Origin: Gemmatimonas sp. | Lineage (GTDB): Bacteria > Gemmatimonadota > Gemmatimonadetes > Gemmatimonadales > Gemmatimonadaceae | Direction: 5' to 3' | Assembly: GCA_031414535.1 (NCBI GenBank) | Contig: JANNVQ010000014.1 | Location: 293,961-357,960, forward strand | Length of the DNA: 64,000 nt | Shown here: positions 19,977 to 30,123 of the stretch, one piece after another | How positions within the stretch are numbered: the stretch's first letter is position 1 | Layout of the letters: every line of letters begins with the position of its first letter | Position numbers and translations under genes: made by a program | The notes under the pieces: generated by a model | What the model saw: only the letters and a program-made list of their open reading frames with translations | Told to the model about the DNA's origin: nothing | Databases searched by the model: none

Positions 19977-22900
19977 CTAAGCCGGGACTGCGGCTGCGGT
20001 GAGTTGCGACATCGCGAGCCGATAGTGTTCGACGACGACAACCGCCTGCCAGCCAAGGGTCGCGGGGTTGTTGATCAGACGAAGGTCAGGCTTCGAACTG
20101 CAGTTGAACACGACATAGAGCCAATAGTCGCCGCCGAGCCGCTCAGCCGTCCGGTGTTCGTTCGAGGTTAGCGCGACATCGCCGACAGCGGAGCGTCCCT
20201 TCACCTCGATGAAACGCACTTCAGTGAAAGTCTTGACGTCTTCCGGGTGCGGCTTTCGCGAAATCAGATCGAAGCCACGATTCTCGCTCTCGACGCTCTC
20301 GACCACCCAACCGCGAGCGCGTTCGTACGCCATCGCCGTGTCGACCGCGATCCGTTCGACCTCCTCATCGCGAACCATGGGCGCGTACTGTGGCTCCGCC
20401 CGCTCCGGGTGAGGCAACACCCACGCGCGCCCAAGATGCGTAAGATCGCTCACAGTACAGTGCCGCTCCATGTCCAAGTCCTTGCGGCGCGCATCGAGGC
20501 GGTTGTTGAGCGTATCCAGGTGCGTCTCAGCCTGAGCGATAATGCCATCAAGGCCCGGGGTGGTGCGACCGTCCTCCTGACGACTCAGAAACTCCGCGAG
20601 CTGGAGTTGCTGTCGGTCGATGAGCGCCTGAAGACTGATTTCGACGTGTTGCGCGATTCGGTCAACCTCCTGAGAGCGCTGGGTAGCGGTCTCCGCAAGC
20701 CAAGGCGCGAGGCTCTGCGAGTACAAGTGCTCTTCGGAGACTTGGCGTGCCGGCAGCGGCAGGTCCGGCGCAAGCGTCCCCTTAGGCGCTGGGTTTACGT
20801 CGTGAAAGACTGTCGGCTGCCTGATCGTTACCGTGCCGTTCGGAGCTGTCTCAACCACGAACAGTCTCCGGTGCAAGGTGTTGCCGCGCCCGTCCTTGAT
20901 GGAAGCCGCAAAGACGTCCCACAGCGCCGACTCCTTTCGGTGCAAATCAAAGAACACCGTACCGCGGTTGAGATCGTCTGCCGTGCGCTCGGCAATTTCC
21001 GTACGAACTGCCTCGAAGAGCGGATGGCCCGGAGTGACCCATTCGAGCGTTGGGTCTGCTTCCAGCAACTGCTTATCGAAGACGACCTTGCCGAACTCTC
21101 TTCCCAGTCGCCCGTATCGCGGCTCTTGCCGATCACCGATGGCGACGAGCAGGCGCGGAATCTTGCCGATACGGTAGATGTGCGTACTCGGCCCTGTGGG
21201 ATTTGGCGAAAGCCCTGCTTCGGCAGCTGATGCGGTGAAGAAATCTTCGATCACCTCGGGGACGAGGCGACGTTCCTTCGCTTCAACCGCGCGATTGATA
21301 AGCGACGAGAGATTCAGATTACGCCGTGCAAGACCTTCAAGGGCGCTTTCGGTAATTGCTCTGAAACGCTCGGGGTCGACGTCGTGCACAATCCGATCCT
21401 GCACCTGATTCACGTCGAGTTGACGGAGGTACATCTCGCGGAACAGTCGCTCGATAGTTGATGCCGGAAGCACTTCTCCAACGACGTCAAAGACCTGGTC
21501 GGTTCCGAGCTCGTTCCGGATCTCTTTGAGACGATCAAGCAACTTCTGCAGCACGCGTCCTTCGCGCGTGTTCTGCGCAACGAAATTGAAGACGAGGCAA
21601 TCGTGCTCCTGTCCGTAACGATGGATGCGTCCGACTCGCTGTTCGAGGCGCATCGGATTCCAAGGGATGTCGTAGTTCACCATGAACCAACAGAACTGCA
21701 GATTGATTCCTTCCCCCGCCGCTTCCGTGGCGACGAGCACCTGACAGCTTTCTCGGAACTCCCGCTCCGCGTAGATACGGGAACCGGGCGTGTCGCGGTC
21801 TCCGATCTTCATTCCGCCGTGGATCTGTGTGACGGATAGTCCCATGTCGCGGAGACGCCCTACAAGGAAGTCGAGCGAATCTTTGTGCTCCGTGAAAATG
21901 AGCACTTTCATGGTTGGGTCTGAGAACACCCCCTCTTCGGACAGGAGCGTCTTGAGTCGCGTGAGCTTGCTTTCAACCTCGCGTTTCTCGAGGGCGCACG
22001 CTTGGATGATGAGCTTTTCGAGATTGGCGATCTCTTCGCGGAGCGACGTAGGGTCTACTGACGCAACCACGTCCTCGAGTTTCGCGAGAATCTCCTGCTT
22101 TTCTTCGTCTTCGAGTTCGTCAAAGTCATCAGGCACTTGCCGATCGATTTGCGCTTTGCGGTACGCTTCCGGATCCTCAAGTATCAGACTCCGCTTGTCT
22201 TTCATGCGCTCAAGCGTTCGACGCACCGCGTAGACTGTCGACGCCATGCGGCGCTGCAGCATCGCCATGGTGAATCCGACGGCTCGGCCGCGTGTTGCAT
22301 CCTCGCTCGATGCACGAATGCTCTGGTCCTCGACGTAGTGCGTCAACGAGTCGTAGAAATCGAGCTCGTCCCCGTCGAGGTCGAACGCGGCGGTACGCAC
22401 CTCGCGTTTTGTGAATAGCTTGCGCACTTCCCCCGTCTCCGGATCGGGGAAAGTGACTAGCGCTTCCTTGGTACGCCTCAGGTAGAACGGTGCAACGTTC
22501 TTACGCATGGCCTCCTTCAGACTCGCCACGTCGCCGTAGACGTCCTTGTCAAGCAACGCGAGGAAGAGACAGAAGTTCTCCGGGTCTCCTTTATGAGGCG
22601 TTGCTGTCATGAGGAGATAGTGATCGGTCATCGTCGACAGCGACTCGCCCAGACGGTATGCAAGCGTCTTCCGGTCGTCGGCGTACGCCGCCATCTTGTG
22701 CGCCTCATCGACGATCACCAGGTCCCACCGGGATCTGAGCAAGCTTTCGCGCGCATCTTCTATCCGCGACACCCAGGATACCGACGTGATCGCCTGATCT
22801 ACGTCTTGCCACGGATTCTGGCCGTAATTGGCGCGAAGCACATCGCTCCTGATGACGCTAAAATCCTCCCGAAACTTGTCCTTCATTTCGCGCTGCCACT

Positions 22901-23384
22901 GGAACGTCAGGTTGGCCGGTGTGACGATCAGTACCCGCTTCACCAAGCCACGCGCCTTGAGTTCCTTGAGCAGCAAACCGGCCATCACCGTCTTGCCGGC
23001 GCCTGGATCGTCGGCCAGAAGGAAGCGGATTCGCGGGAGTGGTAGGAAGTAGTCGTACACTGCCTCCAGTTGGTGAGGCAGCGGATCTACCCTTGCGATG
23101 GAAAGCGAGAAATAGGGGTCGTATTCGTAGGCGAGGCCAAGTCGAACGGCCTCGACTCCGAGGCGAAACTTCCGCGCATCACCGTCGAACGGATCGCGGT
23201 CGGCCGAGACCGTGAGTTGCGCCAGCTGAGCCATTGTGAGGATCGGATCGCGCGTCAGACCCGTTTCCAGTCCGCGTCCAATCACTTTCACGGCCTGCCC
23301 CATCGGCTGAACCGCAAGCACTTCGATCGGCTCAGGAAGCGTGGGTCCGCGGACGATCATCCCGGGCCGGAGGGGTTCTCTCAT
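19977..23384 (-). CDS. SNF2-family helicase with C-terminal DUF3883 nuclease-like domain
   Basis: LADDPGAGKT, DEAH, MTATPH, WNPMRLEQRVGRIHRYGQ, GFDLIS...IEVKGR. Confidence 0.9.
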   Translation of the reverse strand: MREPLRPGMIVRGPTLPEPIEVLAVQPMGQAVKVIGRGLETGLTRDPILTMAQLAQLTVSADRDPFDGDARKFRLGVEAVRLGLAYEYDPYFSLSIARVDPLPHQLEAVYDYFLPLPRIRFLLADDPGAGKTVMAGLLLKELKARGLVKRVLIVTPANLTFQWQREMKDKFREDFSVIRSDVLRANYGQNPWQDVDQAITSVSWVSRIEDARESLLRSRWDLVIVDEAHKMAAYADDRKTLAYRLGESLSTMTDHYLLMTATPHKGDPENFCLFLALLDKDVYGDVASLKEAMRKNVAPFYLRRTKEALVTFPDPETGEVRKLFTKREVRTAAFDLDGDELDFYDSLTHYVEDQSIRASSEDATRGRAVGFTMAMLQRRMASTVYAVRRTLERMKDKRSLILEDPEAYRKAQIDRQVPDDFDELEDEEKQEILAKLEDVVASVDPTSLREEIANLEKLIIQACALEKREVESKLTRLKTLLSEEGVFSDPTMKVLIFTEHKDSLDFLVGRLRDMGLSVTQIHGGMKIGDRDTPGSRIYAEREFRESCQVLVATEAAGEGINLQFCWFMVNYDIPWNPMRLEQRVGRIHRYGQEHDCLVFNFVAQNTREGRVLQKLLDRLKEIRNELGTDQVFDVVGEVLPASTIERLFREMYLRQLDVNQVQDRIVHDVDPERFRAITESALEGLARRNLNLSSLINRAVEAKERRLVPEVIEDFFTASAAEAGLSPNPTGPSTHIYRIGKIPRLLVAIGDRQEPRYGRLGREFGKVVFDKQLLEADPTLEWVTPGHPLFEAVRTEIAERTADDLNRGTVFFDLHRKESALWDVFAASIKDGRGNTLHRRLFVVETAPNGTVTIRQPTVFHDVNPAPKGTLAPDLPLPARQVSEEHLYSQSLAPWLAETATQRSQEVDRIAQHVEISLQALIDRQQLQLAEFLSRQEDGRTTPGLDGIIAQAETHLDTLNNRLDARRKDLDMERHCTVSDLTHLGRAWVLPHPERAEPQYAPMVRDEEVERIAVDTAMAYERARGWVVESVESENRGFDLISRKPHPEDVKTFTEVRFIEVKGRSAVGDVALTSNEHRTAERLGGDYWLYVVFNCSSKPDLRLINNPATLGWQAVVVVEHYRLAMSQLTAAAVPA

Positions 23385-23615
23385 TCGCTGCGGGTTTCCT
23401 GATGTGGCCCGGCGCGGCGGAAGAATGCCGGGCACGGGCGCATGGATTGAGCAAAGCGTCGTGTTATCGGAAGGAAAACTACCCGCCGGGTCTGGGGCTG
23501 ACGAGTAGTCGTCTGCGGTGATCGCGGCGATGCACGATCCGCACTGCCCTCCCGCCGCTCATCGCAGCCGCTTGACCGCAGCATCGAACGTGGAACTGAT
23601 GTGGTATCGGACACG

Positions 23616-23637
23616 AAGGTACGTTCGCCCTCCGACA
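23616..23637 (-). promoter_or_regulatory. PafBC-type promoter 2 (SNF2-DUF1156-DUF499 operon)
   Basis: Minus strand (T)TGTCGG-AGGGCGAACG-TACCTT, about 230 nt upstream of the SNF2 ATG. Confidence 0.7.
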
Positions 23638-23813
23638 ATCGAGCCGGTAAGTCGTCCAATCTTCATTCCGAGCCAGCTGCTGAGCCGGATTCGCGATCAA
23701 GCTGGCATCGGCTCGTCTCTCTGGCACACTACTGGCACACAAGACAACAATGCGACGCGGTCGCAAGCCACGCGACTGCATTGCAAATTGTTTAACAACA
23801 ATCACTTACAGCA

Positions 23814-23853
23814 TCAGGACGGCGGGATTCGAACCCGCGACCCTCTGAGCCCT
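23814..23853 (-). mobile_element. att-site remnant: 3' half of a tRNA (probably tRNA-Pro)
   Basis: Minus strand GGGCTCAG-AGGGTC-GCGGG-TTCGAAT-CCCGC-CGTCCTG-A gives anticodon 3' strand, T-arm and acceptor strand; the 5' half is absent. Confidence 0.75.
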
Positions 23854-24166
23854 ATGAAGGTTCCCGAGAATCCGCGAGAAATCCGACGCATCCACAAACT
23901 CAATTCGCGCAAGCACTTACGTTGGGCATGACAGCTGTGCGTGTAGCTGCGCCACCGGCCGCAACCTGGAGTTCGCACACGAATGGCACTCTAAATCACA
24001 GATTGTACATATATCGCAAACGGCGTGGCACCCGATGGGACGAGGGCTAACCCACGTGCAGCAGGTTAATCTTAGCGTCCCCGCGAGAAATCCTCGACAA
24101 TCAGCGACCCCGCAGAGCCTTCGATCCGCTCAAAGCAAGCACCGTCTTATTGATTGGACCCGAAGT

Positions 24167-25585
24167 TCAATGAAAACGCTCTCCAGCGGGGAGATCGTCC
24201 ACTTCGATGGTCGACAGCTGCTCATCAGACGGCGAGGCTAGCGCGGCAAGCCGGTTGGACTGACGCGTCAGGCTTCGCTCAAAGAAGTTCCGCACAAGGC
24301 GGCCATTACCGAAATCAGCGCCACGAGTTTCGTGCAGCGCCGTGAGTAGACTGGTCGCCAGCTCACGTGCGGGAGGTGAGATGTTAATCCGAGCAGAGTC
24401 GACCATTCGGGCAAGAATCTCAGTCAGCTCACCTGGCCCGTAGTCTTCAAAATGCATGAACTTGTTGAAACGCGACTTCAGGCCCGGATTCGACTGCAGA
24501 AATTCTGCCATTCGATCCTGATAACCCGCAACGATTACCACCAAATCGTCTCGATGGTCCTCCATGAGCTTCAAGAGGGTCTCGATGGCTTCGCGTCCAA
24601 AATCGGTGCCCCCTCCGCCGGCACTAAGGCTGTAAGCTTCGTCAATAAACAGAACGCCTCCACGAGCGCTCTCAACAACCTCGCGCACCTTTAATGCGGT
24701 TTGCCCAACATAACCGCCAACAAGCCCACTACGATCAGTCTCGACGAGGTGTCCGCGCCGCAGGAGTCCGAGAGCACGGTATATCTCGGCCAGCAAACGT
24801 GCCACTGTGGTCTTTCCCGTCCCGGGATTTCCGGAGAACACTAGGTGCAAGGACACGGGCAACGAGGGAAGTCCACGCTCTTTACGCAAACTGTTGACCC
24901 TAATGTGGTTTACGAGCCCCTCGACGTCCTCTTTGATTCTTGCGAGGCCCACCAGCGCGTTAAGACGCGACATCAGCTCCCCAAGGGTCTGCTGAGGCGG
25001 AGCAGCGCCCGCCATCGCCTGCGCTGGCGCCAGTTCATCCCTGGCTTCGGAGCCACTAGCCGCATAAGCTTCGTCGTCCTCGGAATCGTCGACTGGGAAG
25101 GCGGGGACTGACTTCTCAATCAGGTGAAGGCGCATCACGTGAACGAAGTGCGTGATAGCATCGACCTCGTCAAGGTTCGAGTCGTCAACAGCTGCGAACT
25201 TCAATCCAATCTGTTCGAGCACCGTTACGACGCGTGCCGCCACCGCCGAACCGTTCGCAGCATCGAAGTCGGCTATGTCTTCGACAAGCGATGGCACTCG
25301 TGCGAGAAAATCGGGATCTCCCTCGCGCGCGGCGAGAACTCCTGCGACCACTTCGTGGTATGAGTTGTTCCTTCCGGCAATCTCATTTATCAGCTTGGCT
25401 TCAGCGACGGTGATCTCACCATCTGAGGCAAGAACATGGAAGAGATAATCCGTCATCAAACCGATCGCTGCGTCCTGCGCGTTCGGTGCAGTTCCAAAGC
25501 CCTTCCGGTCCACTAGCTCACTCACCTCGACTAGCACAGCACCTGCTTGCTTGAACGTGTCGGCCAGTTCGCGGATATCAGACAT
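24167..25585 (-). CDS. SpoVK/CbbX-like AAA+ ATPase with a TerB-like N-terminal domain
   Basis: HLVFSGNPGTGKTTVAR, LVGGYVGQT, LFIDEAY, NPGLKSRF, FGNGRLVRN; N-terminal ASDGEITVAE. Confidence 0.8.
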   Translation of the reverse strand: MSDIRELADTFKQAGAVLVEVSELVDRKGFGTAPNAQDAAIGLMTDYLFHVLASDGEITVAEAKLINEIAGRNNSYHEVVAGVLAAREGDPDFLARVPSLVEDIADFDAANGSAVAARVVTVLEQIGLKFAAVDDSNLDEVDAITHFVHVMRLHLIEKSVPAFPVDDSEDDEAYAASGSEARDELAPAQAMAGAAPPQQTLGELMSRLNALVGLARIKEDVEGLVNHIRVNSLRKERGLPSLPVSLHLVFSGNPGTGKTTVARLLAEIYRALGLLRRGHLVETDRSGLVGGYVGQTALKVREVVESARGGVLFIDEAYSLSAGGGGTDFGREAIETLLKLMEDHRDDLVVIVAGYQDRMAEFLQSNPGLKSRFNKFMHFEDYGPGELTEILARMVDSARINISPPARELATSLLTALHETRGADFGNGRLVRNFFERSLTRQSNRLAALASPSDEQLSTIEVDDLPAGERFH

Positions 25586-26080
25586 GTGCGTCTCGCTAAG
25601 GTTTTTCTTGACCGGCGACCAGTTCACGCCGGCGGGGAGAATCAGAGGACGGCGATAAGTATGCACTCCCTCAAACTTCTCACGCTATCACGGTGCCTGC
25701 TTACTAACAGTCGGCCTAGGTCACTCTCCCTCCAAACGACGAATCTTCCTGAATCTCGGCCTCGGTCATTTCACAGTCGTAGCCTCAGGCCGCCATTCGA
25801 AGAAAGCGAAACCCGATTTCGCAGACGGACCTTCGCAACAGCGCGTTCCCTTTCTGCTGGAACCGCTTCTTTGATCACACTTGAATGAAGTCGACGCCCG
25901 GCCCAGTACCTTTGGCAAAAGGGTCAGCTTCTCTTTGGCAGAAGGCTTGCCCGCGCTGCGCGGCGGATTGTCGACATGCGACGCACAGAGGCTCGCCAAG
26001 CCGCTGGGCCTCCGGTTCCTCAGCCGTCCTCAGCGGCTCCAAGGCAGCAAGCGTCGCTCGAGCTGTCCATCGAGAACCAG

Positions 26081-26665
26081 CTAATTGTCTAAGCGTGTGA
26101 GAAGTCGGATAAGGCAGAGGCGTTCGGAGGCTTCTTCGCGAGACTCTGAACACGCCCGAAGTCCTTCTAGTGTCGCAGTGGAGCTGCCGTGCATCGGAGA
26201 GAGCGAATCAGGAAAGGACACAGTCAACTGCCGGGAGAACAGCTGGGCATCGCCATCTCTAATGGCAATCTCTCGAGCCAACATTATCGCGACGAACATC
26301 TCGTCATCCTCGTAGTCGCCGCGAATAGTGAGCGTGTAGCTTCCGCCACGAACAGAGTCTGGCCGAAATGCGCAGCGCTGCGACTTCCCTGCCTGCCGGT
26401 TACCAGTGGCCTCGATATACGCGCACACATCGTTACCGGTCCGAATGTTCGATGCGCTTGGGGCACTTGGGTCGCTCGATCCGGACGCAGATCTCGACGG
26501 CTCGGGGTCAGGTCCGAAAAGTGCGCCGATTGCTAAGAACCCAATGAGAATGGCAAGGAGCTGCTTAGTGCGATCCTTGCGAACCTGCTTCCCACAACTA
26601 GGGCAGGTGGTCGCTGCGGACTCGAACTCCGTTCCGCAGCTTGAACAGCGTATCGGACTGCTCAA
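26081..26665 (-). CDS. Zinc-ribbon + single-TM hypothetical protein
   Basis: CSSCG..CPSCG followed by a TM helix and a Ser/Pro linker; probable TTG start with GGAG upstream (ORF track extends to 26803). Confidence 0.65.
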   Translation of the reverse strand: MSSPIRCSSCGTEFESAATTCPSCGKQVRKDRTKQLLAILIGFLAIGALFGPDPEPSRSASGSSDPSAPSASNIRTGNDVCAYIEATGNRQAGKSQRCAFRPDSVRGGSYTLTIRGDYEDDEMFVAIMLAREIAIRDGDAQLFSRQLTVSFPDSLSPMHGSSTATLEGLRACSESREEASERLCLIRLLTRLDN

Positions 26666-26844
26666 ATCCTGGCTCCGTAGGCATAACGTTTGCTTCTGCT
26701 GCGAGCGCTTCCATAAAATGCGGTTGCGGGGCCGCTGCAATCCTTCCATAACGTGGAGCAGCGGCTCCGCAACCGCTACCACACCTGCGCTCGTCGGCAG
26801 CAAGCTGCGTTAGGTTCCTGCGCGCAAATGAGTGCGCTTGACCC

Positions 26845-28515
26845 CTAGGTCGGGATGCCTTTGCGCGTCGGGTCTCGCATCCACCGGCCAATGCTACCAA
26901 TGAACTCCCAGACGTCACCGTCACCCGGAGTGACGTATCCAGCAGCACTTGGGTCTGACCCGAGAGCCGTCAGCATCTTCTCAAGCCACTGATTCCCGTG
27001 TGATGCCACGTTCAGGTGCTTAAGCCAGCTCTCCGCTTCTCCGAACGGAACTACGAATATGCCGTAGTCAGCAAGTCCAGCAAGAAGCGTCTTCAACTCA
27101 ACTTCTCTGTCGCCGGTAAGAAGTGAGATGCCACCCTTCTTCATATCAAGTGCTCCAGCATCGAAGCTCGCAACTACGTTCCCGCGCAAAGCTTGCCAGG
27201 CTTGCACTAGGGCGCTTGGTACGGAACAGTCGTTTAGGAGGGTCTTGAACTCTTCCTTGACTTTGATGATGTCAAGATCCACGACAACCGCGGCCGGGAT
27301 GCCAAGCTGGCGCAGTGGTTTGGCAAGGCGACCCAGAACACTCTTCGAGTGAGCGTTAGTGAACAGTGCATCGACAGCCGCGTCCTTTCGCGCAACCAGT
27401 AGTCTATGATTGATCTCCTGGTAGAAGGCGCGGTCCGAGTCGGCCTCGCAGACCACGGCTCCGCGATGGAATAGCGCACTGAGCAATCCCGTCGACCGCA
27501 AGAGTGGATCGCGCATAAGGGTTGCAAGATCGTTGCTCGGTAGCCGTCGTGCAGTTGCGGCGTCCGACTCGTATGTCAGGCGCACGACCTGCACGTCCTT
27601 TCCTGACTCGACTGCACCCATCAGGAAGTCTGCCGAGTGCGTAGCCGCAATGACGTGAGCCGACCGCGCAGAGCCGACGTCAGCGAGAGTGCGCCCGAGC
27701 ATGCGCGCCAAAGGGGGGTGCAGAAATGCCTCTGGTTCGTCAACAAGCATCACCCTGAAATCGCTGCTATGAACTGCTAGCACGAGGCCGGTGAAAGCCC
27801 GAACTCCGTCACTGAGTTCTTGAATAAGGGGCGCGGCCGCGTGGAAGTTGCGCGAGCGTTCGTCTAGCGCCTGTTCCTCAACTTCATCCGTCGGAAGTCG
27901 AGAGGACATGCGCACACGCAGCTGCGTCATTCCCGTAGGGTCAACGACGAAGTACCGCCCGAATGCATCAAAGGTGATGCTCCGAATGACTTCACGCGCG
28001 GCCCTGTCTCGAAACAGCGACGCCAGTACGTTGGTGGGCGGAGACTGCATGTCAACAGCCGGCCGCGGATTGACCAGAGTCAGGCGAGTATGTCCATCGA
28101 GTCTAAGCACGAAGAGGCTGAGTATCTGACTCCGCACCCAGTCTGGATTGTTTCCTTTCGTGAGGAATCCGACCGCTTCCGCTTCAGTCATCTCGAACGC
28201 ACGCACTTCGTCAGAGACGGGTGAAACAGAACTCAGGACAATGTGCCCTTCCCGCGCCTGAGCTGTCCGGGTCGCATTGAGCCGGGCATTGACAAGCTCC
28301 CTCGCCTCGCTTTCTGGGATCACCTTGACATCTATCGAGTCAAGAATCTTCCGACCCTGTGGATCTTTGCCGGCAACGACCGCCTCTAGCTCGCGAAGGA
28401 CTAGGCTCTTGCCAGAATTATTTGGTCCAACAAAAACGGTCAGGTGACCCGGCGGAAAACTCAGAGGCTTCGATCCGTTACTCGATCCAGACCTCAAGTT
28501 GATTGACTCAATCAC
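26845..28515 (-). CDS. AAA_21-type ATPase with TOPRIM-like C-terminus (OLD-like nuclease)
   Basis: GPNNSGKS, LSDG, VDEPEAFLHP, ATHS, VCEADSD, VVDLD. Confidence 0.8.
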   Translation of the reverse strand: MIESINLRSGSSNGSKPLSFPPGHLTVFVGPNNSGKSLVLRELEAVVAGKDPQGRKILDSIDVKVIPESEARELVNARLNATRTAQAREGHIVLSSVSPVSDEVRAFEMTEAEAVGFLTKGNNPDWVRSQILSLFVLRLDGHTRLTLVNPRPAVDMQSPPTNVLASLFRDRAAREVIRSITFDAFGRYFVVDPTGMTQLRVRMSSRLPTDEVEEQALDERSRNFHAAAPLIQELSDGVRAFTGLVLAVHSSDFRVMLVDEPEAFLHPPLARMLGRTLADVGSARSAHVIAATHSADFLMGAVESGKDVQVVRLTYESDAATARRLPSNDLATLMRDPLLRSTGLLSALFHRGAVVCEADSDRAFYQEINHRLLVARKDAAVDALFTNAHSKSVLGRLAKPLRQLGIPAAVVVDLDIIKVKEEFKTLLNDCSVPSALVQAWQALRGNVVASFDAGALDMKKGGISLLTGDREVELKTLLAGLADYGIFVVPFGEAESWLKHLNVASHGNQWLEKMLTALGSDPSAAGYVTPGDGDVWEFIGSIGRWMRDPTRKGIPT

Positions 28516-28651
28516 TGTTGCGGCGTGTGGGAGTGAACCTTACTTGGATTATGCTGCAACACTTTCAATCGGAACGCGACGGAAGCGGCCAGCCCTTTCC
28601 GATACGCGCAGCACATGCGCGACTACCCCAAGATCGCGACCATCTCCCGGT

Positions 28652-29989
28652 TCAGCTAGTACGCGGCTGGCGCCCCAACATCTCCCCCACCGACCCCCTC
28701 CCCCGCCCTCTCAAATCACTCTCCCCCCGCCCACTCTTCACCCGCGCAACATACACCTCCTTCATCACCCGCCCATCCATCCGCCCCGACACTTGGCCGT
28801 ACAACAACTCCAACTCCCGCAACAGCCCACTCACCCCCTCCAACCCACGCGCATACCGCTTCATCAGCGTCATCTCCTTCCGCAGCTCCCGCCGCGCCTC
28901 CTCAAACCGCCCCGCCCGGTTCAACTGCAGCGCCTCCCGAATCGCCACACCCTGCCAGGCCGCAAGCGCCGCCACACTCCGCTCCATCTCCCGCTCCTGC
29001 GCGCCGTTCGCCGATTCCTCCGCAAACGTCAGCGTCGCCACCTGAGCCTCGGCCTCAATCACCGCCGACCCATCCGGCAGCTGAGCACTCAAAGCCGCAG
29101 CAATCTCAAAGGCCTGCCCTGCGACCCCGGAATGGCAGAACACACGAATCACGACACGCTTCACCTGCTCCGGCCGCAGACTCCCCACCAGCACCTCCAA
29201 CCGCCGCCCACGCGCCGTCGCACCCCAAGGCCCCACCACCTCGGCGCGCTCAATCTCCGCCGGCAATGCAATGCAAAGCACCGCACGCTCCACCAGCGAC
29301 TCTCTCCCTTCGAGCAGCTCGCCGAGCACCACCTCGTGGATCTCGCTCGCATCCGTAGCATCGTGCAGACGTCCGCCACCAGCCTCAGTCATCGCGGCGA
29401 GCAGGGCTTCGTCATAGTCATCACCAATGCCAACCGCCGAGGTGATGATGCCCCCGCGCTGCGCATCCGCCGTGAACCGCGCGAGCGTCGGCGCATCGGC
29501 GATCCCGATGTTGGCGAGCCCATCCGTGAGCAGCAACACGCGGTGCGACGCACGCGCATCGGCTTCCATCGCCGCAGCCACGCGGCCGGCGGCGAGATCC
29601 CATCCACCAAAGAGATTGGTCGAGCCCTTGGTCTCGAGCCGCGCAATCGCAGTCTTCGCCGCGCGACGACCCGCGGCATCCATCTTCTTCGCTTCAAGCA
29701 GCAGTTCCACATCATCACTGAACGCGATGATGCTGAGGCGATCCTTCGAGGTCAGTGCATCAACCACTTGAGCCGCCGTCGCGCGCGCGGCCTCGAGCTT
29801 CTCACCACCCATCGAACCCGACACATCCACCGCCAACGCGAGATTGAGCGACACACGCTCGGCGGCCTGAAGGACCGTGCCGTTCGCCGAGATGTCGGCG
29901 ACGAGATATCGGACGGACTCGCCGGCTTCCCATACGAGGGCGCGGTCGGGTCCGAAGGTGAGGCTGAGTTGGGGACGCTGGGCAATCAT
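28652..29989 (-). CDS. vWA domain protein (MIDAS)
   Basis: DVSGSM, GSTNL, LLTDGLAN; AGGAG RBS before MIAQ. Confidence 0.9.
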   Translation of the reverse strand: MIAQRPQLSLTFGPDRALVWEAGESVRYLVADISANGTVLQAAERVSLNLALAVDVSGSMGGEKLEAARATAAQVVDALTSKDRLSIIAFSDDVELLLEAKKMDAAGRRAAKTAIARLETKGSTNLFGGWDLAAGRVAAAMEADARASHRVLLLTDGLANIGIADAPTLARFTADAQRGGIITSAVGIGDDYDEALLAAMTEAGGGRLHDATDASEIHEVVLGELLEGRESLVERAVLCIALPAEIERAEVVGPWGATARGRRLEVLVGSLRPEQVKRVVIRVFCHSGVAGQAFEIAAALSAQLPDGSAVIEAEAQVATLTFAEESANGAQEREMERSVAALAAWQGVAIREALQLNRAGRFEEARRELRKEMTLMKRYARGLEGVSGLLRELELLYGQVSGRMDGRVMKEVYVARVKSGRGESDLRGRGRGSVGEMLGRQPRTS

Positions 29990-30029
29990 CGGAGCTCCTG
30001 GGTAGGGCCCGGGATTTGGGCCTAGCCAG

Positions 30030-30051
30030 AAGATCGGGGTGGGGTCTGACA
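30030..30051 (-). promoter_or_regulatory. PafBC-type promoter 3 (vWA)
   Basis: TGTCAG-ACCCCACCCC-GATCTT. Confidence 0.65.
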
Positions 30052-30123
30052 GGCCTAGGTCATTTATATAGAAGTAGACGCCCTTTCTGCCTATATTTCT
30101 GCCTATCTGTAAACGGAGACAGA

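Noticed and set aside
23814..23853. Functional tRNA gene
   Set aside because: No D-arm or 5' acceptor strand
28499..30025. 508-aa Pro/His/Arg-rich plus-strand ORF
   Set aside because: Antisense to vWA; a product of the C-rich skew
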